Positions 37,722 through 48,092 of a stretch of 50,155 nucleotides of DNA are shown in pieces. Each line of letters starts with the position of its first letter. The first letter of the stretch is position 1. This DNA comes from Candidatus Zhuqueibacterota bacterium (lineage in GTDB: Bacteria > Zhuqueibacterota > Zhuqueibacteria > Zhuqueibacterales > Geothermadaptataceae), in NCBI GenBank assembly GCA_015491485.1, contig WFVT01000032.1, positions 1 through 50,155 of the forward strand, read 5' to 3'. The notes beneath the pieces were generated by a model. It searched no databases. It saw nothing but the letters and a program-made list of their open reading frames with translations, and had not been told where the DNA came from. A program made the position numbers and the translations under genes.

Positions 37722-39266
37722 ATGCAGACAAACAATGGGGAATTCCGTGGAGAAGAACCTGCCCCGGTATCCACGGCTGCGACGATTGATGGTAACGGGG
37801 ATTTACCTCAAAGTGAGATTTTGCCCTACATTCCGCAGACTCAACAGCAGCGCAGTGGATTTCTCGTTGATTTTCTCTATATCCGTGGCCAACTCGGCGG
37901 TACCGACCATCTCGATTTGATCATGCTGGGGAGCAAACAGTACGGGGTGCTCCTTGCCCAGTTGCCAGTGCGTGTGCGCGAACAGTTGAATGATTTCTCG
38001 ATCCTGAAACGCGTGATTCGCGATCAGAATGCCGGGCAATCGCCGTCCGGCGCCATCCGCGCCCTCGAGAGTTTGCTGGTCGAACATTTTAAGCGGCATG
38101 AAAAATTAAAAGCCGCTTATGCTATATTCAGTCCCCAAAATCGCAGCATTCGGTTTGCCACCACAGCCCACGCCTCGATTTTTCTTTTCCGGCAGGAGCA
38201 TCGGCAGATGTACCGTTTGCTTTCCGACGACGGCGGTTTTTCTGCCGCTTCAATGGATGAATATGACTACCGTACTCATCCATCCACGCTTTTGCCGGGA
38301 GCGCCCAGTGAAGCTGTGCGCCTGGAACAGCACGATCTGATTTTAATGGTTTCCGATGGTTTCCTGACATTGAAAAATACATGGGGTGAAAGTTTGGGCA
38401 TGGGGCGGCTGAAAGCCTTCCTGGATGAACACGGCCATATGCAGCCGGGGCCGTTTCTGCGGAAGCTGCAATCCGAAATTGAAGCGTTTACCATGGGGGA
38501 GCCGATCCAGCAGGACGTGACCGTGGTTGCGGTTAAAAATATGCTGGCCAACGATGAAGGGGTTTATGATGACGATGCGGTCGATCTGGACTCCCGGTTC
38601 CTGACCCTGGACGAAGAAGCCGAGCTGTGGCAAATCTCACAAGAATATCCTGACCTGCGTTTGCGGGAATTGCTGCAAAAAGTCGATACCCGTTTTCAGC
38701 GGTTGGGCCCGGATCGTATTCGGTTTTATTTGAAAAATGATCATCCGCACTGGCTGAACGGAACCGCCCGGCCTCCGATTCCGCCCCGGCGCTTCGAAGG
38801 CCTGAAAAGCCATTTCCACCAAAAGCTGGTAGAGGCTTTTCCAATCCGGCAGCTCCTCTACCGGAAATACGAATTTCGCGGCAATACCGATGCCATCGCC
38901 CGGGCGTTGGAGCACTATCAAAACGGGCATTTCCAGGAGTCGCTGATCGAGTTCGTTAAAGTGCGTAAAGCCATCGTTGAAAATGAGTCGGTTTATTGTT
39001 TTTTTGGTAACTTGTATCTTCTGCTTAATATGACAATCAAAGCCCGGCAGGAATACATGCGAGCCTTACGCCTCAATCCCCGGTGCGTCCATGCTTACCT
39101 CGCCCTGGCGTACATTGCCTTGCTGCACAAAGATTACGAAGGCGCGATCCACTATCTATCCACCGCCATCCGGCTTGATAGTCATCTGAAACTCTACGAG
39201 CGGTTTTTGCATCACATGCTCACGGCTCTGGATAAACAGAACGGCCATAAAGAATGGATTGCCTGA
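37722..39266 (+). CDS. Degenerate SpoIIE/PP2C-like domain plus C-terminal TPR protein
   Basis: PP2C C-terminal motifs LILMVSDG...GESLG..RL...QQDVTVVAVK. N-terminal motifs degenerate (GGTDHLD, LLAQLP). TPRs in the last ~130 aa. Confidence 0.7.
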   Translation: MQTNNGEFRGEEPAPVSTAATIDGNGDLPQSEILPYIPQTQQQRSGFLVDFLYIRGQLGGTDHLDLIMLGSKQYGVLLAQLPVRVREQLNDFSILKRVIRDQNAGQSPSGAIRALESLLVEHFKRHEKLKAAYAIFSPQNRSIRFATTAHASIFLFRQEHRQMYRLLSDDGGFSAASMDEYDYRTHPSTLLPGAPSEAVRLEQHDLILMVSDGFLTLKNTWGESLGMGRLKAFLDEHGHMQPGPFLRKLQSEIEAFTMGEPIQQDVTVVAVKNMLANDEGVYDDDAVDLDSRFLTLDEEAELWQISQEYPDLRLRELLQKVDTRFQRLGPDRIRFYLKNDHPHWLNGTARPPIPPRRFEGLKSHFHQKLVEAFPIRQLLYRKYEFRGNTDAIARALEHYQNGHFQESLIEFVKVRKAIVENESVYCFFGNLYLLLNMTIKARQEYMRALRLNPRCVHAYLALAYIALLHKDYEGAIHYLSTAIRLDSHLKLYERFLHHMLTALDKQNGHKEWIA

Positions 39267-39352
39267 TCCGGTAAAATCGGTTGGTGCGGTCGTGCCCCGA
39301 ACCGCTTGTTTATTTCTCGCAAATGACGATAAATAGGGGTGAAAACAGGACA

Positions 39353-40153
39353 ATGGCGCAAAAGGAAACCTTGATGAAAGAAAACACGACCGCTGCACCA
39401 GCAGCAGAGCAGGATCAGTTGGAAGACGCTCTGGACCGGCGACGCAATTACCGCATTGATGTACCAGGTTCTGATATTCCGGTGCGGGGCGAGCTCCAGC
39501 TCATGGACGGCACCGTTATCCCGGTGGAGGTGGTCAACTACAGTGTTTCCGGGTTGTTCTGCTATGGTCCCCCTGAGCTACCCCTCCAGGAAGGCGATGT
39601 ACTGGATCGCATCCGGCTGATTTTCGCCCGTAAGCCGACTATCGAGTTTTCCGGTGAAATAGTCCGCCTGCAGAAAAATGAGGAAAATGTTTTTTGCGGT
39701 ATCCGGTTTTTTGAGCAGAACCGCAAACCCAGTAGCCCGCCGCCGGCGCCAGACAGAAGAAAACCCGGCGAAATCGATGAAATGACCAAAGCCCGGTGGA
39801 TGGAAAAGCTTCACGCCATTCCGAACTATTTCCGGGTGTCTCATGTTGAGGAACAAATGGAAGCCGAACGAGTGGCCTACGCGGCTTTTGAAGAGTTGAC
39901 AAAAGACTTTACCGTGGAAGAGCGCTGGTGGTTTTATGAAATGCTGGACGAGTTAAAACGAAAAGAGCCGTTTTATCCCCCACGGCTCCTTCGTGAATTT
40001 ATTCTGGTTTGTGAGTATGGCTACACCGCCATTCCAGGACGCCCCGACTGGCACTCCGGACGAGTATCCTTCTGGGAGCGTTTACACAACGTCTTTCTGG
40101 GGATTAAACTGTTTCTGAAAAGGCTTTTAGGCCTCTCTTCACAAAAGCCGTAG
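39353..40153 (+). CDS. PilZ-domain protein with C-terminal helical domain
   Basis: RRRNYR (RxxxR) and NYSVSG ((D/N)xSxxG), then GEIVR...CGIRF. Confidence 0.82.
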   Translation: MAQKETLMKENTTAAPAAEQDQLEDALDRRRNYRIDVPGSDIPVRGELQLMDGTVIPVEVVNYSVSGLFCYGPPELPLQEGDVLDRIRLIFARKPTIEFSGEIVRLQKNEENVFCGIRFFEQNRKPSSPPPAPDRRKPGEIDEMTKARWMEKLHAIPNYFRVSHVEEQMEAERVAYAAFEELTKDFTVEERWWFYEMLDELKRKEPFYPPRLLREFILVCEYGYTAIPGRPDWHSGRVSFWERLHNVFLGIKLFLKRLLGLSSQKP

Positions 40154-40181
40154 TCGTGCCGATTCCATCCCCCGGCCGCCG

Positions 40182-40322
40182 TCAGTTATCACCCTTCATG
40201 TCTTTCAATAATTCAATCTCACGTTCCAGTTGCTTTTGGCGCCTTGCAATGCTCACCATATATCCAAAAAGCAAAATCCAGACGACGGCATAGCCGGCAA
40301 ACAGATAGCCCAGATTATCCAT
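40182..40322 (-). CDS. ccmD: Haem exporter protein CcmD (46 aa; not in ORF track)
   Basis: Translated by hand: MDNLGYLFAGYAVVWILLFGYMVSIARRQKQLEREIELLKDMKGDN. GGGAGAGG RBS, directly after ccmC. TM helix plus charged tail typical of CcmD. Confidence 0.85.
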   Translation of the reverse strand: MDNLGYLFAGYAVVWILLFGYMVSIARRQKQLEREIELLKDMKGDN

Positions 40323-40342
40323 TTCGATCCTCTCCCTGTTTT

Positions 40343-41029
40343 TCAACGTTCTTGCAAAGCAATCGCTTTTTTCATTTCATTGATTTCCATCCGCGCTTTT
40401 TCCAGGCGCAGCCGGGTGAACAGCAGATAAAAATAGAAGAGCAAAAATACGGCAAGACTAAAAAGCAGTGCGAACAGCATTTGCGGATGCAGACCGCTGT
40501 CCTCACCGCCCATCAGAACCGGCTCCGGATGGATCGTCCTCCACCAGCGGATGGAAAAATACACTATGGGGACATCCACAAAGCCAACGATAGCAAAAAC
40601 CGCAGCGAAGCGGGCGCCCCGCTCATCCTCACCGGTGAAGTCGCGCAAGACCAGATATCCGACATAGATAAACCACAAAATCAGCGTTGTCGTTAACCGG
40701 GGATCCCAGGACCACCAGGTGTTCCAGGTGGGCTTTGCCCAAATGGGGCCGGTGACCAAAACAATGGTGGTGAAAATGATCCCGATTTCCGCCGAAGCAT
40801 AACTAATGCGATCGTAAAAATAATTTCGCTTCAATAAAAAAAGTGCGCTATAAACGGCGACGACAAAAAATGCCAGGAACGCGGCAAATGCCGAAGGTAC
40901 ATGAAAGTAAAAGATTTTTTGCACGGCCCCCATGGTCTTTTCGATTGGGGCATAAATAAAAATAAAATAAAGGTTCAGAATCATTCCAACCAGGAGTAGC
41001 CATCCCAACCATTTCGTCCATCGTTCCAT
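40343..41029 (-). CDS. ccmC: Haem exporter/chaperone-loading protein CcmC
   Basis: IFYFHVP, WWD motif GPIWAKPTWNTWWSWDPRLT, WWRTIHP. Confidence 0.95.
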   Translation of the reverse strand: MERWTKWLGWLLLVGMILNLYFIFIYAPIEKTMGAVQKIFYFHVPSAFAAFLAFFVVAVYSALFLLKRNYFYDRISYASAEIGIIFTTIVLVTGPIWAKPTWNTWWSWDPRLTTTLILWFIYVGYLVLRDFTGEDERGARFAAVFAIVGFVDVPIVYFSIRWWRTIHPEPVLMGGEDSGLHPQMLFALLFSLAVFLLFYFYLLFTRLRLEKARMEINEMKKAIALQER

Positions 41030-41056
41030 GATCCTGGCTCCTTCCATTGATTTGGT

Positions 41057-41734
41057 CTATTCTTCCACCACGTATTCAAAAGTCGCATAACAGATGGCAA
41101 CGAAAATCACATCAAAAGCCAAAAGAATGCGTACCCATGCAAAAACCTGGTTCCAATCATCACTGCGCAAAAGCCCGCCCGTGGCGTTGACGGCGGATAG
41201 AATCACCGGCACCACGACGGGAAACAGCAGTATCGGCAGCATGATTTCACGGGCTTTGGTGTTTACGGCAATGGCGCTAAACAACGTTCCCACAGCCGCA
41301 AACCCAATGGTTGCCAGAAAAATGATAAGCAACAGCGGCAGTAAAAAATCGGAAAATTGCAGATTGAATAAAATGATAAACAAAGGCAGCGTCAATAATT
41401 CAACCAACGTCATGAAAATGATGTTTCCGATCATTTTGCCAAGATAAATTGCGCCGCGATCGATAGGGGATAGAAGCAAGCCGTGGAAACAGCCTTTGTC
41501 GATTTCATAAATAAAAGAACGATTGAGCCCCAGCATGCCGCTGAAGGTGAACGCCACCCAGATGATCCCCGGGGCAGCTTCCAGGGCATAAGAGCTTCCC
41601 GGATCGAAAGTAAAGTTAAAGATCACCACCACCAAGAAGCTGAAGATCATCATGGTGGTGATGGTTTCCCGGCTGCGGTACTCATGCAACAAATCTTTAT
41701 AAGCAATAGCGAAAATTTTGCCAAGGTAGCTCAA
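41057..41734 (-). CDS. ccmB: Haem exporter protein CcmB
   Basis: KDLLHEYRSRE, PGIIWVA, IYLGK, LPILLFPVVVP. TTG start overlaps the ccmA stop. Confidence 0.93.
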   Translation of the reverse strand: MSYLGKIFAIAYKDLLHEYRSRETITTMMIFSFLVVVIFNFTFDPGSSYALEAAPGIIWVAFTFSGMLGLNRSFIYEIDKGCFHGLLLSPIDRGAIYLGKMIGNIIFMTLVELLTLPLFIILFNLQFSDFLLPLLLIIFLATIGFAAVGTLFSAIAVNTKAREIMLPILLFPVVVPVILSAVNATGGLLRSDDWNQVFAWVRILLAFDVIFVAICYATFEYVVEE

Positions 41735-42441
41735 GCGGCACCTCCGGCTGCGACGACTTTGTGATAGTGCGCCTGAAATTCGGTTTCATCCACGTGGTCG
41801 GCTGATTCGAAGTAAGCCACCTTTCCACGAACAAAAATCGCGACCTGATCGGCTAACTCGAGACCGTGGGTTAAATCATGCGTTACCAGAAGAATGGTCC
41901 TCTTCTCGCTTTTGAGTTCGGAAAGCCAGTGTTTGAGCATGGAAGAAGCATGCTGATCCAGGCCGGTAAAAGGTTCGTCAAGTAACAGAATGTCCGGCTG
42001 GTGCAACATGGCGCGGGCAATGGACAGCCGTTGCTGCATGCCTCTGGAAAAGGTGCGGACAAAGTCATCAGCACGCGCCAGCAAGCCGACCTCCTCTAAT
42101 GCCTGTTGAATGCGTTTCCTGGCATCCGGCAGGCTGTAAAGTTTGGCATAAAATTGCAAATTTTCGAAAGCGGTGAGTTCATCATAGAGGAAGGTGGAAT
42201 GTCCGATCACCCCGATGCGCTGACGGAAGGATTCGGCATGATCGCGCAGGTTTTTGTCATCAAAATAAATTTCACCGGTGGAAGGCCTGGACAGCGTGGA
42301 AAGAATCCGGATAAACGTGGTTTTGCCGGCGCCATTGGGGCCGAAAATGCTCAGAAAGGTGCCGGTTGGGATTTCCAGGTTGATGCCGCGCAGGGCATAA
42401 TGGGTCCCAAATGATTTTGTCAGATTTTTTACGACGATCAT
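41731..42441 (-). CDS. ccmA: Haem exporter ABC ATPase CcmA
   Basis: Walker A GPNGAGKTT, signature FSRGM, LLLDEPFTGLD. Upstream of ccmB. Confidence 0.92.
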   Translation of the reverse strand: MIVVKNLTKSFGTHYALRGINLEIPTGTFLSIFGPNGAGKTTFIRILSTLSRPSTGEIYFDDKNLRDHAESFRQRIGVIGHSTFLYDELTAFENLQFYAKLYSLPDARKRIQQALEEVGLLARADDFVRTFSRGMQQRLSIARAMLHQPDILLLDEPFTGLDQHASSMLKHWLSELKSEKRTILLVTHDLTHGLELADQVAIFVRGKVAYFESADHVDETEFQAHYHKVVAAGGAA

Positions 42442-42475
42442 GGGCGTGCTTCTGTTTCAGAGTTCTGGCTCTGGC

Positions 42476-42874
42476 TCAATGGTACAACGCAGCCCCGCAA
42501 TTCCGGCAGAAACGGTCCCGGGCATGTACGGGAGTTCCGCATTGCGTGCAGAATCGTTGCCCGGCCTGCGCCGGTACTTTTCCGCCCCGTCTGCGCCGTC
42601 CCGGACGCACCTGATCCAACTGTTTGAGAATTTTTACCGCCTCGGCTTTGTACTGGGACCTCAGCTCTTCAAAATCCTCCCTGGAAAGCTTCCCCATTTC
42701 ATAATCAAATTCGATGTCTTTGATGGCTTTGTAGATTTCAACCTTCTTGGCCTCAAGGTCTTCGATGCTATGATTCACATCAAATGCCATGGTCTCATTC
42801 TTGGACCTGAAAAAAGGATAGCCAATATAAATGGCCGCTAAAATCGCCAGGGATAGGGCAATCAATTCAAGCAT
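42476..42874 (-). CDS. Membrane-anchored CcmI-N-like protein with C-terminal zinc ribbon
   Basis: N-terminal TM, IKDIEFDYEMGKLSREDFEELRSQY, CTQC...CRNC. Confidence 0.75.
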   Translation of the reverse strand: MLELIALSLAILAAIYIGYPFFRSKNETMAFDVNHSIEDLEAKKVEIYKAIKDIEFDYEMGKLSREDFEELRSQYKAEAVKILKQLDQVRPGRRRRGGKVPAQAGQRFCTQCGTPVHARDRFCRNCGAALYH

Positions 42875-42896
42875 GATTTGTTTCCTTCAGAATCAA

Positions 42897-43412
42897 TTAG
42901 ATATCCAACTTTTTCAACTCTTCTTCCACACGCGAATCATACTCATCCAATCCTTTCGATGAACCATCGGCGGTTTGGGCGGCCGCATCATCGACAGTAG
43001 GGGCCGCTTGCTCGGCCGTCGGGGTTTTCCATTTCTTAATATAATAGAAAGCGATGATGCCGCCAAGCGCGATGGCCAAAAAAGGGAACGTCCACGCAGT
43101 GATATTAAAGCCCTCTTTCGTAGGTGCCGCCAGAATCGCTTCCCCGTATTTTTCCCGCATTTTAGCCAGGATTTCTTTCTCCCCCAGCCCGGCTTCAATG
43201 TAGCCGATGACTTCCTTTTCCAGTTTCGCTGACTCTCCACAGGTCATGGAAACCCGACAATCGGAAACCGTTAAACTGCAGCCGCAATGGCAGGCTAATT
43301 GGGAATCCACTTTCTTCATCAAGGCTTTTTGGTCAGGATCCAGACCGGCGTAGCCGGTGGATAGCGATAACAAAAAGGCTGCAAAAAAGAGCAGTGAGCG
43401 TTTACGGTTCAT
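42897..43412 (-). CDS. ccmH: CcmH/NrfF-like cytochrome c biogenesis protein (Cys-rich variant)
   Basis: Signal peptide, LACHCGC...C...C, then EIL..MREKYGEAILAAP..GFN..AWTFP and a TM helix. Confidence 0.8.
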   Translation of the reverse strand: MNRKRSLLFFAAFLLSLSTGYAGLDPDQKALMKKVDSQLACHCGCSLTVSDCRVSMTCGESAKLEKEVIGYIEAGLGEKEILAKMREKYGEAILAAPTKEGFNITAWTFPFLAIALGGIIAFYYIKKWKTPTAEQAAPTVDDAAAQTADGSSKGLDEYDSRVEEELKKLDI

Positions 43413-43659
43413 GGACGACCTCCAGATCTATTTCCAGGCAAAAGAGTTCGAAATTCATGAATTGCAAAATCCCGGCAACTCGTTGAAATTAAAATACACC
43501 TTTTCACGGTATTAGTCAAACATTTCGTTCACAATGTCATCGATTCATTCAGTTTCGTTTACCGGCACTTTTTGTCACATATCTGTTTCCGCAAGCAAAC
43601 GATGTCCGGGCATTTGGGGGGCGGCGTCAGTCCGTTCCGCCGATCCTTGATCCACCTGC

Positions 43660-46146
43660 TTAAATGCGTGTTCTTTTCAATAAGTTGGCATTGCTTACCA
43701 CTGTGATGGAACTGGTGGCCATGGCGATTTCTGCGATCACCGGATGCAGAAGTCCCAATACCGCCATGGGAATGGCAAGCAAATTATAGAAAAACGCCCA
43801 GAACAAATTCTGCTGAATTTTTCGGAAGGTAGCCCGCGAAAGTCGGATGGCCGATACCAGGGTATTCAGATTGCCACTGACCAGCGTGATATCGGCGGCT
43901 TCGATGGCAATATCCGTACCGGTGCCGATGGCAATACCGACATCGGCGCGTACCAGTGCCGGGGCGTCATTGATCCCATCGCCGACCATGGCAATGGGCC
44001 CGTGCTGCTGGCGCAGTTTGTTGACCTCCTGGACTTTTTCATCCGGCAGGATTTCCGCCACGACATAATCGATGCCCACCTCACGGGCAATGGCTTCCGC
44101 GGTGCCGCGTCGGTCGCCGGTAATCATCGCGGTTTTCAAGCCCAGGCGATGTAAAGCATCGATGGCTTCCTTTGCCTCGGGCTTTAGCGTATCGGCGATT
44201 CCCATGATTCCCGCAAGGTTGTCCTGTACGGCAATGCAGACGACCGTCCTGGCTTGATTTTCGAGCTTGATGATCGCATCTTGCGCCGGCGAGGTGGAGA
44301 TACCAAGGCTTTCGAAATAGGTGGGAGACCCCAAAATTACGGTTTCGCCTGCAACAACGCCATGTACTCCCTTCCCAGGCAGTGCCTCAAAATGGGTCAC
44401 CGGGATTGTCTGAACGCCTTTGGCCTTGACGGATTCCATAATGGCGTGCGCCAGCGGATGTTCAGACGCTGCTTCCAGCGAACCGGCCAGGGAGAGCAAC
44501 CGGGTTTCATCAAACCCGTTCAGCGGGATGATATCCGTTACCTGCGGCTTGCCGATGGTGAGGGTGCCGGTTTTGTCAAAGGCAATGATTTTGACATCTT
44601 TCATGGCCTGAATGGCCTCCCCTTTACGGAAAAGAATGCCGCGCTGTGCGCCCATGCCGCTGCCGACCATGATTGCCGTTGGCGTAGCCAGCCCCAGAGC
44701 ACACGGGCAGGCAATAACCAGAACCGCAATCGCGGCAAAAATGGCCAGGGTCAATGTATTCATGTCCGGATGAATCCAGGGGAGAAAACCGGCTGCCGCT
44801 TCCAGCACGAATCGCAACGAATCGGCGGCAAACAACCACATGAAAAACGTGGCAATTGCCAGCACCACAATAATCGGCACAAAAATAGCCGTAATTTTAT
44901 CCGCCAGCGCCTGAATGGGAACGCGCGTGCTTTGCAGTTCTTCCACCAATTCAATCATTTTGGCCAAAAACGTATCCTTGCCCACACGAGTGGCGCGAAC
45001 GATTAGACGGCCCGTTTGGTTGACGGTCGCGCCGATGACTTCATCTCCGGGCTTTTTCGGCACCGGCATGGACTCACCGGTGGCCATGGATTCATCGACG
45101 CTGCTTTCCCCTTCTTCCACAATGCCGTCGGTGGGGATTTTTTCTCCGGGACGCACCACCATCAAATCCCCCGGCTGAATTTGTTCGATGGGGATTTCCA
45201 CCTCCTGACCGTTCCGCAGCACATGGGCGGATTTGGCGCCCAACTCCAGTAGTTTGCGGATCGCCTGGGATGCTTTTCCGCGGGCTCTTGACTCGATGTA
45301 ACGGCCCGTGAGGTGGATGGCCATGATCATGGCGGCTATTGCGGAGAAGTCAGCCATGGGAAGGACAAACCCGATCAGCCCGGTAGCCAGACTGGCGAGG
45401 GTTCCCAGGGCGATCAACACATCCATGTTGGCGCCGCCATGGGAGACGCTGCGCCATGCAGATGCCAGAGTTTCGCTGCCCGGCCAGAACACGACCGGGG
45501 CGGACAGTAGAAAAAGCACCAGATGATAAACATGCTCGCTGGGCCACATGATGCCGAAAAACATTTCCGGCAGCATCCACAGCATGGCGGGAACGGCAAA
45601 TGCCCAGGCCTGAACCATGCGCCGCCGCGCATGGCGCCACTTGGCATCTTCATCGTCTGCAGCAGGCGCTGCCTCCGCGGCAGAATCCGGCTGGGCGTGA
45701 TAGCCGGCTTGCTCGACGGCTTTTATTAAAGCGTCGATGCCGACACGATCTGTATCGACCTGTACAACGGCTTTCTCGGTGGTTAAATTGACGCCGGCGT
45801 CCATCACTCCGGGTGTGCTTTTGAGCGCTTTTTCGACCCGGGCGACACATCCGGCGCAGTGCATGCCCTCGATTTTTAAAACCACTTTGTTGCTTTCATG
45901 CTCAACACCATAGCCGGCTTCGGTGACCGCCTTCTCGAGATCAGCAAGGGTCGTTTGACGGGGATCGTATTGAACGATAGCTTTATTGGTGGCTAAATTG
46001 ACCCCGGCATCGATCACACCGGGGGTGTTTTTGAGGGCTTTTTCAACCGTTGCGACACAACCGGCACAGTGCATGCCGGTAATTTTTAGATGGGCCTTTT
46101 GAATATTGTTTTCAGTTATATCGGGTAACCGCGTTTCTATCTCCAT
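43660..46146 (-). CDS. copA: Cu(I)-translocating P1B-1 ATPase
   Basis: Two HMA domains GMHCAGC, TGES, CPC, DKTGT, SEHP, GDGIND, YN and MATSS Cu(I) ligands. Confidence 0.95.
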   Translation of the reverse strand: MEIETRLPDITENNIQKAHLKITGMHCAGCVATVEKALKNTPGVIDAGVNLATNKAIVQYDPRQTTLADLEKAVTEAGYGVEHESNKVVLKIEGMHCAGCVARVEKALKSTPGVMDAGVNLTTEKAVVQVDTDRVGIDALIKAVEQAGYHAQPDSAAEAAPAADDEDAKWRHARRRMVQAWAFAVPAMLWMLPEMFFGIMWPSEHVYHLVLFLLSAPVVFWPGSETLASAWRSVSHGGANMDVLIALGTLASLATGLIGFVLPMADFSAIAAMIMAIHLTGRYIESRARGKASQAIRKLLELGAKSAHVLRNGQEVEIPIEQIQPGDLMVVRPGEKIPTDGIVEEGESSVDESMATGESMPVPKKPGDEVIGATVNQTGRLIVRATRVGKDTFLAKMIELVEELQSTRVPIQALADKITAIFVPIIVVLAIATFFMWLFAADSLRFVLEAAAGFLPWIHPDMNTLTLAIFAAIAVLVIACPCALGLATPTAIMVGSGMGAQRGILFRKGEAIQAMKDVKIIAFDKTGTLTIGKPQVTDIIPLNGFDETRLLSLAGSLEAASEHPLAHAIMESVKAKGVQTIPVTHFEALPGKGVHGVVAGETVILGSPTYFESLGISTSPAQDAIIKLENQARTVVCIAVQDNLAGIMGIADTLKPEAKEAIDALHRLGLKTAMITGDRRGTAEAIAREVGIDYVVAEILPDEKVQEVNKLRQQHGPIAMVGDGINDAPALVRADVGIAIGTGTDIAIEAADITLVSGNLNTLVSAIRLSRATFRKIQQNLFWAFFYNLLAIPMAVLGLLHPVIAEIAMATSSITVVSNANLLKRTRI

Positions 46147-46209
46147 AGTACTGCTCTCGTTATCATGACCGGGTTAGGTGGATCATCAACCTGTACTTCT
46201 GTACCGTAT

Positions 46210-47070
46210 TCACCTGCGTTTTCTGCCCGGACTCTTCCGGGACGTCGCCGGGGCTTCCGGAAAATCCCGCTGTTTGGCAAGGTACCAGATGTATCCTCCT
46301 GCGATAGCCATGAGAATGCTGATCGTTTGTGCGTGAGTGATGCCAAGACCCGGGATTTTGGGGGTCATGCGGAAAAACTCGGTGACAAACCGTTCGAACC
46401 CCAAAGCTATCATCGATAGTCCGAAAAGCTGGCCGGTTCGCATCAGCTTGCCCCGCAGTTTCCACAGCATGAAAAACAGCAGCATGGATAGTAGAAAATC
46501 ATAAAGCGGCGTGGGATGTACCGCGATGTCAGCCGGAATGGGCTGTCCGGGGTACATCTTGGCGTACAGGGCCTGCAATTTCGGGTTGTTCAAAGTGGGA
46601 ACCACACCGTTGGTGTAATGCATTGCCCAGGGCAAATCCGTTGGCGGTCCGTAATCGCCGTCGCCGGCAAGCTGGCAGCCCAACCGGCCGATACCGTATC
46701 CCAGCAATATCAAGGGAGCGATTGAATCACCGCCGCTCATGATGGGAATGCGCAGGCGTTTCAGAGTCCACACGACGGCGATTACACCGCCGATCAGTCC
46801 TCCGTACCAGACCAGCCCGGCTCCGGAGAAAATCATGGAGAAAGGGTCTCTTAAAAATTCCTGCCAGTGCTCGATGATAAAATAAAGCCTGGCTCCGATA
46901 AATCCACCCAGCACAGCCGCCACCGCAATGGAATTGGCCATATCCGGGTCGATCTTTTTGCGTGCAAATTCCTTCCGAAGCACGAGGGTCGTTATTAGAA
47001 ATCCCAGCATCGCCATCAAGCCAAAGCTATGGATGGTGATGGGGCCGATTTTGATCAATTCAGGATACAT
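46210..47070 (-). CDS. lgt: Prolipoprotein diacylglyceryl transferase
   Basis: GARLYF, GLVWYGG, GRLGC...GDYG, HPTPLYD, RFVTEFFR. Confidence 0.92.
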   Translation of the reverse strand: MYPELIKIGPITIHSFGLMAMLGFLITTLVLRKEFARKKIDPDMANSIAVAAVLGGFIGARLYFIIEHWQEFLRDPFSMIFSGAGLVWYGGLIGGVIAVVWTLKRLRIPIMSGGDSIAPLILLGYGIGRLGCQLAGDGDYGPPTDLPWAMHYTNGVVPTLNNPKLQALYAKMYPGQPIPADIAVHPTPLYDFLLSMLLFFMLWKLRGKLMRTGQLFGLSMIALGFERFVTEFFRMTPKIPGLGITHAQTISILMAIAGGYIWYLAKQRDFPEAPATSRKSPGRKRR

Positions 47071-47078
47071 AGCGAACC

Positions 47079-47615
47079 TTAGTTTTGGGGTAAGGGCAAC
47101 TTGGGAGTTGTTTGTAATTTTTCTTTCAGGCGGTTGGCGTCCGGGATGGGCGCACCTTTGCGGTGTCCCCAGCGCTGTTCCACCATTTCCGCTACATGAA
47201 ACGGCTTGTGGCCGGATTGAAGCTGGGCGTAAATGAAGGCTCTCACCTCGGATGCGCCGTTCTTCATTTCACAATCGCACACTTCAAGCCCGTCATTGCA
47301 GGACCCGCAGGGACAATTGAACTGGGCGGCAACTTCATACACCTGGGGATACGTGGCGGCCAGTTGAGGACCTCGAAGGTGTGGATCGAACGCCTGAACT
47401 CCGCGTCCAGTGTTTCCGGATCGCGAATACATCGCAACAGCGCCGATAATGACACCGACCAATACCGCCGCTGTAATCAGCGGCCAGTTGGTGTTGGGGG
47501 ATGATTTCGCTGCGACCGGTCGGGCAATGGGAGGACGCTGATGAAGTGGGGCACCGCAATGCGGGCAAAATCGGTCCCGCTTAAATACTTTTCGATGACA
47601 TTCTGGACATTTCAT
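47079..47615 (-). CDS. Zinc-ribbon / TM / Cys-rich (CcmH- or PCYCGC-like) membrane protein
   Basis: CPEC...CPHC, one TM helix, then FNCPCGSC...CDC followed by a helical segment ending VEQRWG. Confidence 0.7.
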   Translation of the reverse strand: MKCPECHRKVFKRDRFCPHCGAPLHQRPPIARPVAAKSSPNTNWPLITAAVLVGVIIGAVAMYSRSGNTGRGVQAFDPHLRGPQLAATYPQVYEVAAQFNCPCGSCNDGLEVCDCEMKNGASEVRAFIYAQLQSGHKPFHVAEMVEQRWGHRKGAPIPDANRLKEKLQTTPKLPLPQN

Positions 47616-48092
47616 AGCACACCGGATGGTTTCAAGTTCGCATCTCTAAACATGAAATGGTAATATGTACAGCATACTCGTAAAACAACCCGCGTCCATA
47701 AAAACACATTGATTCACATCCCGTATTCACGTTATCAGACAGGCGCTTTTCAATGCGTAAAAAAACGCCTGGTGACGGCTAAGGCTAAACCGCCAACAAG
47801 TTGAAAATTAATACATCCTTGTTACAAAAGCAACTCTCATATGGCTGAAGCGGAAAAATCGGCTTGCTTTGAAACGGTAAAACGGCCTTTTCCCTGAAAC
47901 GGTTGCACGCTGAAATGCTTATTGGAGGAACAATCTTTTCCGAAAGCCTCATCCCCTGCGCATGGAAGCGAAGGCTCCGGAACAAAATCTGTGCATCGGA
48001 AGCATCGGAGGCCTGAGCATTCAGAAAAAGGGCTCGTGCGATACTGGAGCCGCAAGAATCTTGTCCCCCACGGGGAAGAGAGACGAAAAGGA

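Noticed and set aside
45660-46100. Duplicated sequence within copA
   Set aside because: These are simply two HMA domains, not a mobile or CRISPR repeat.
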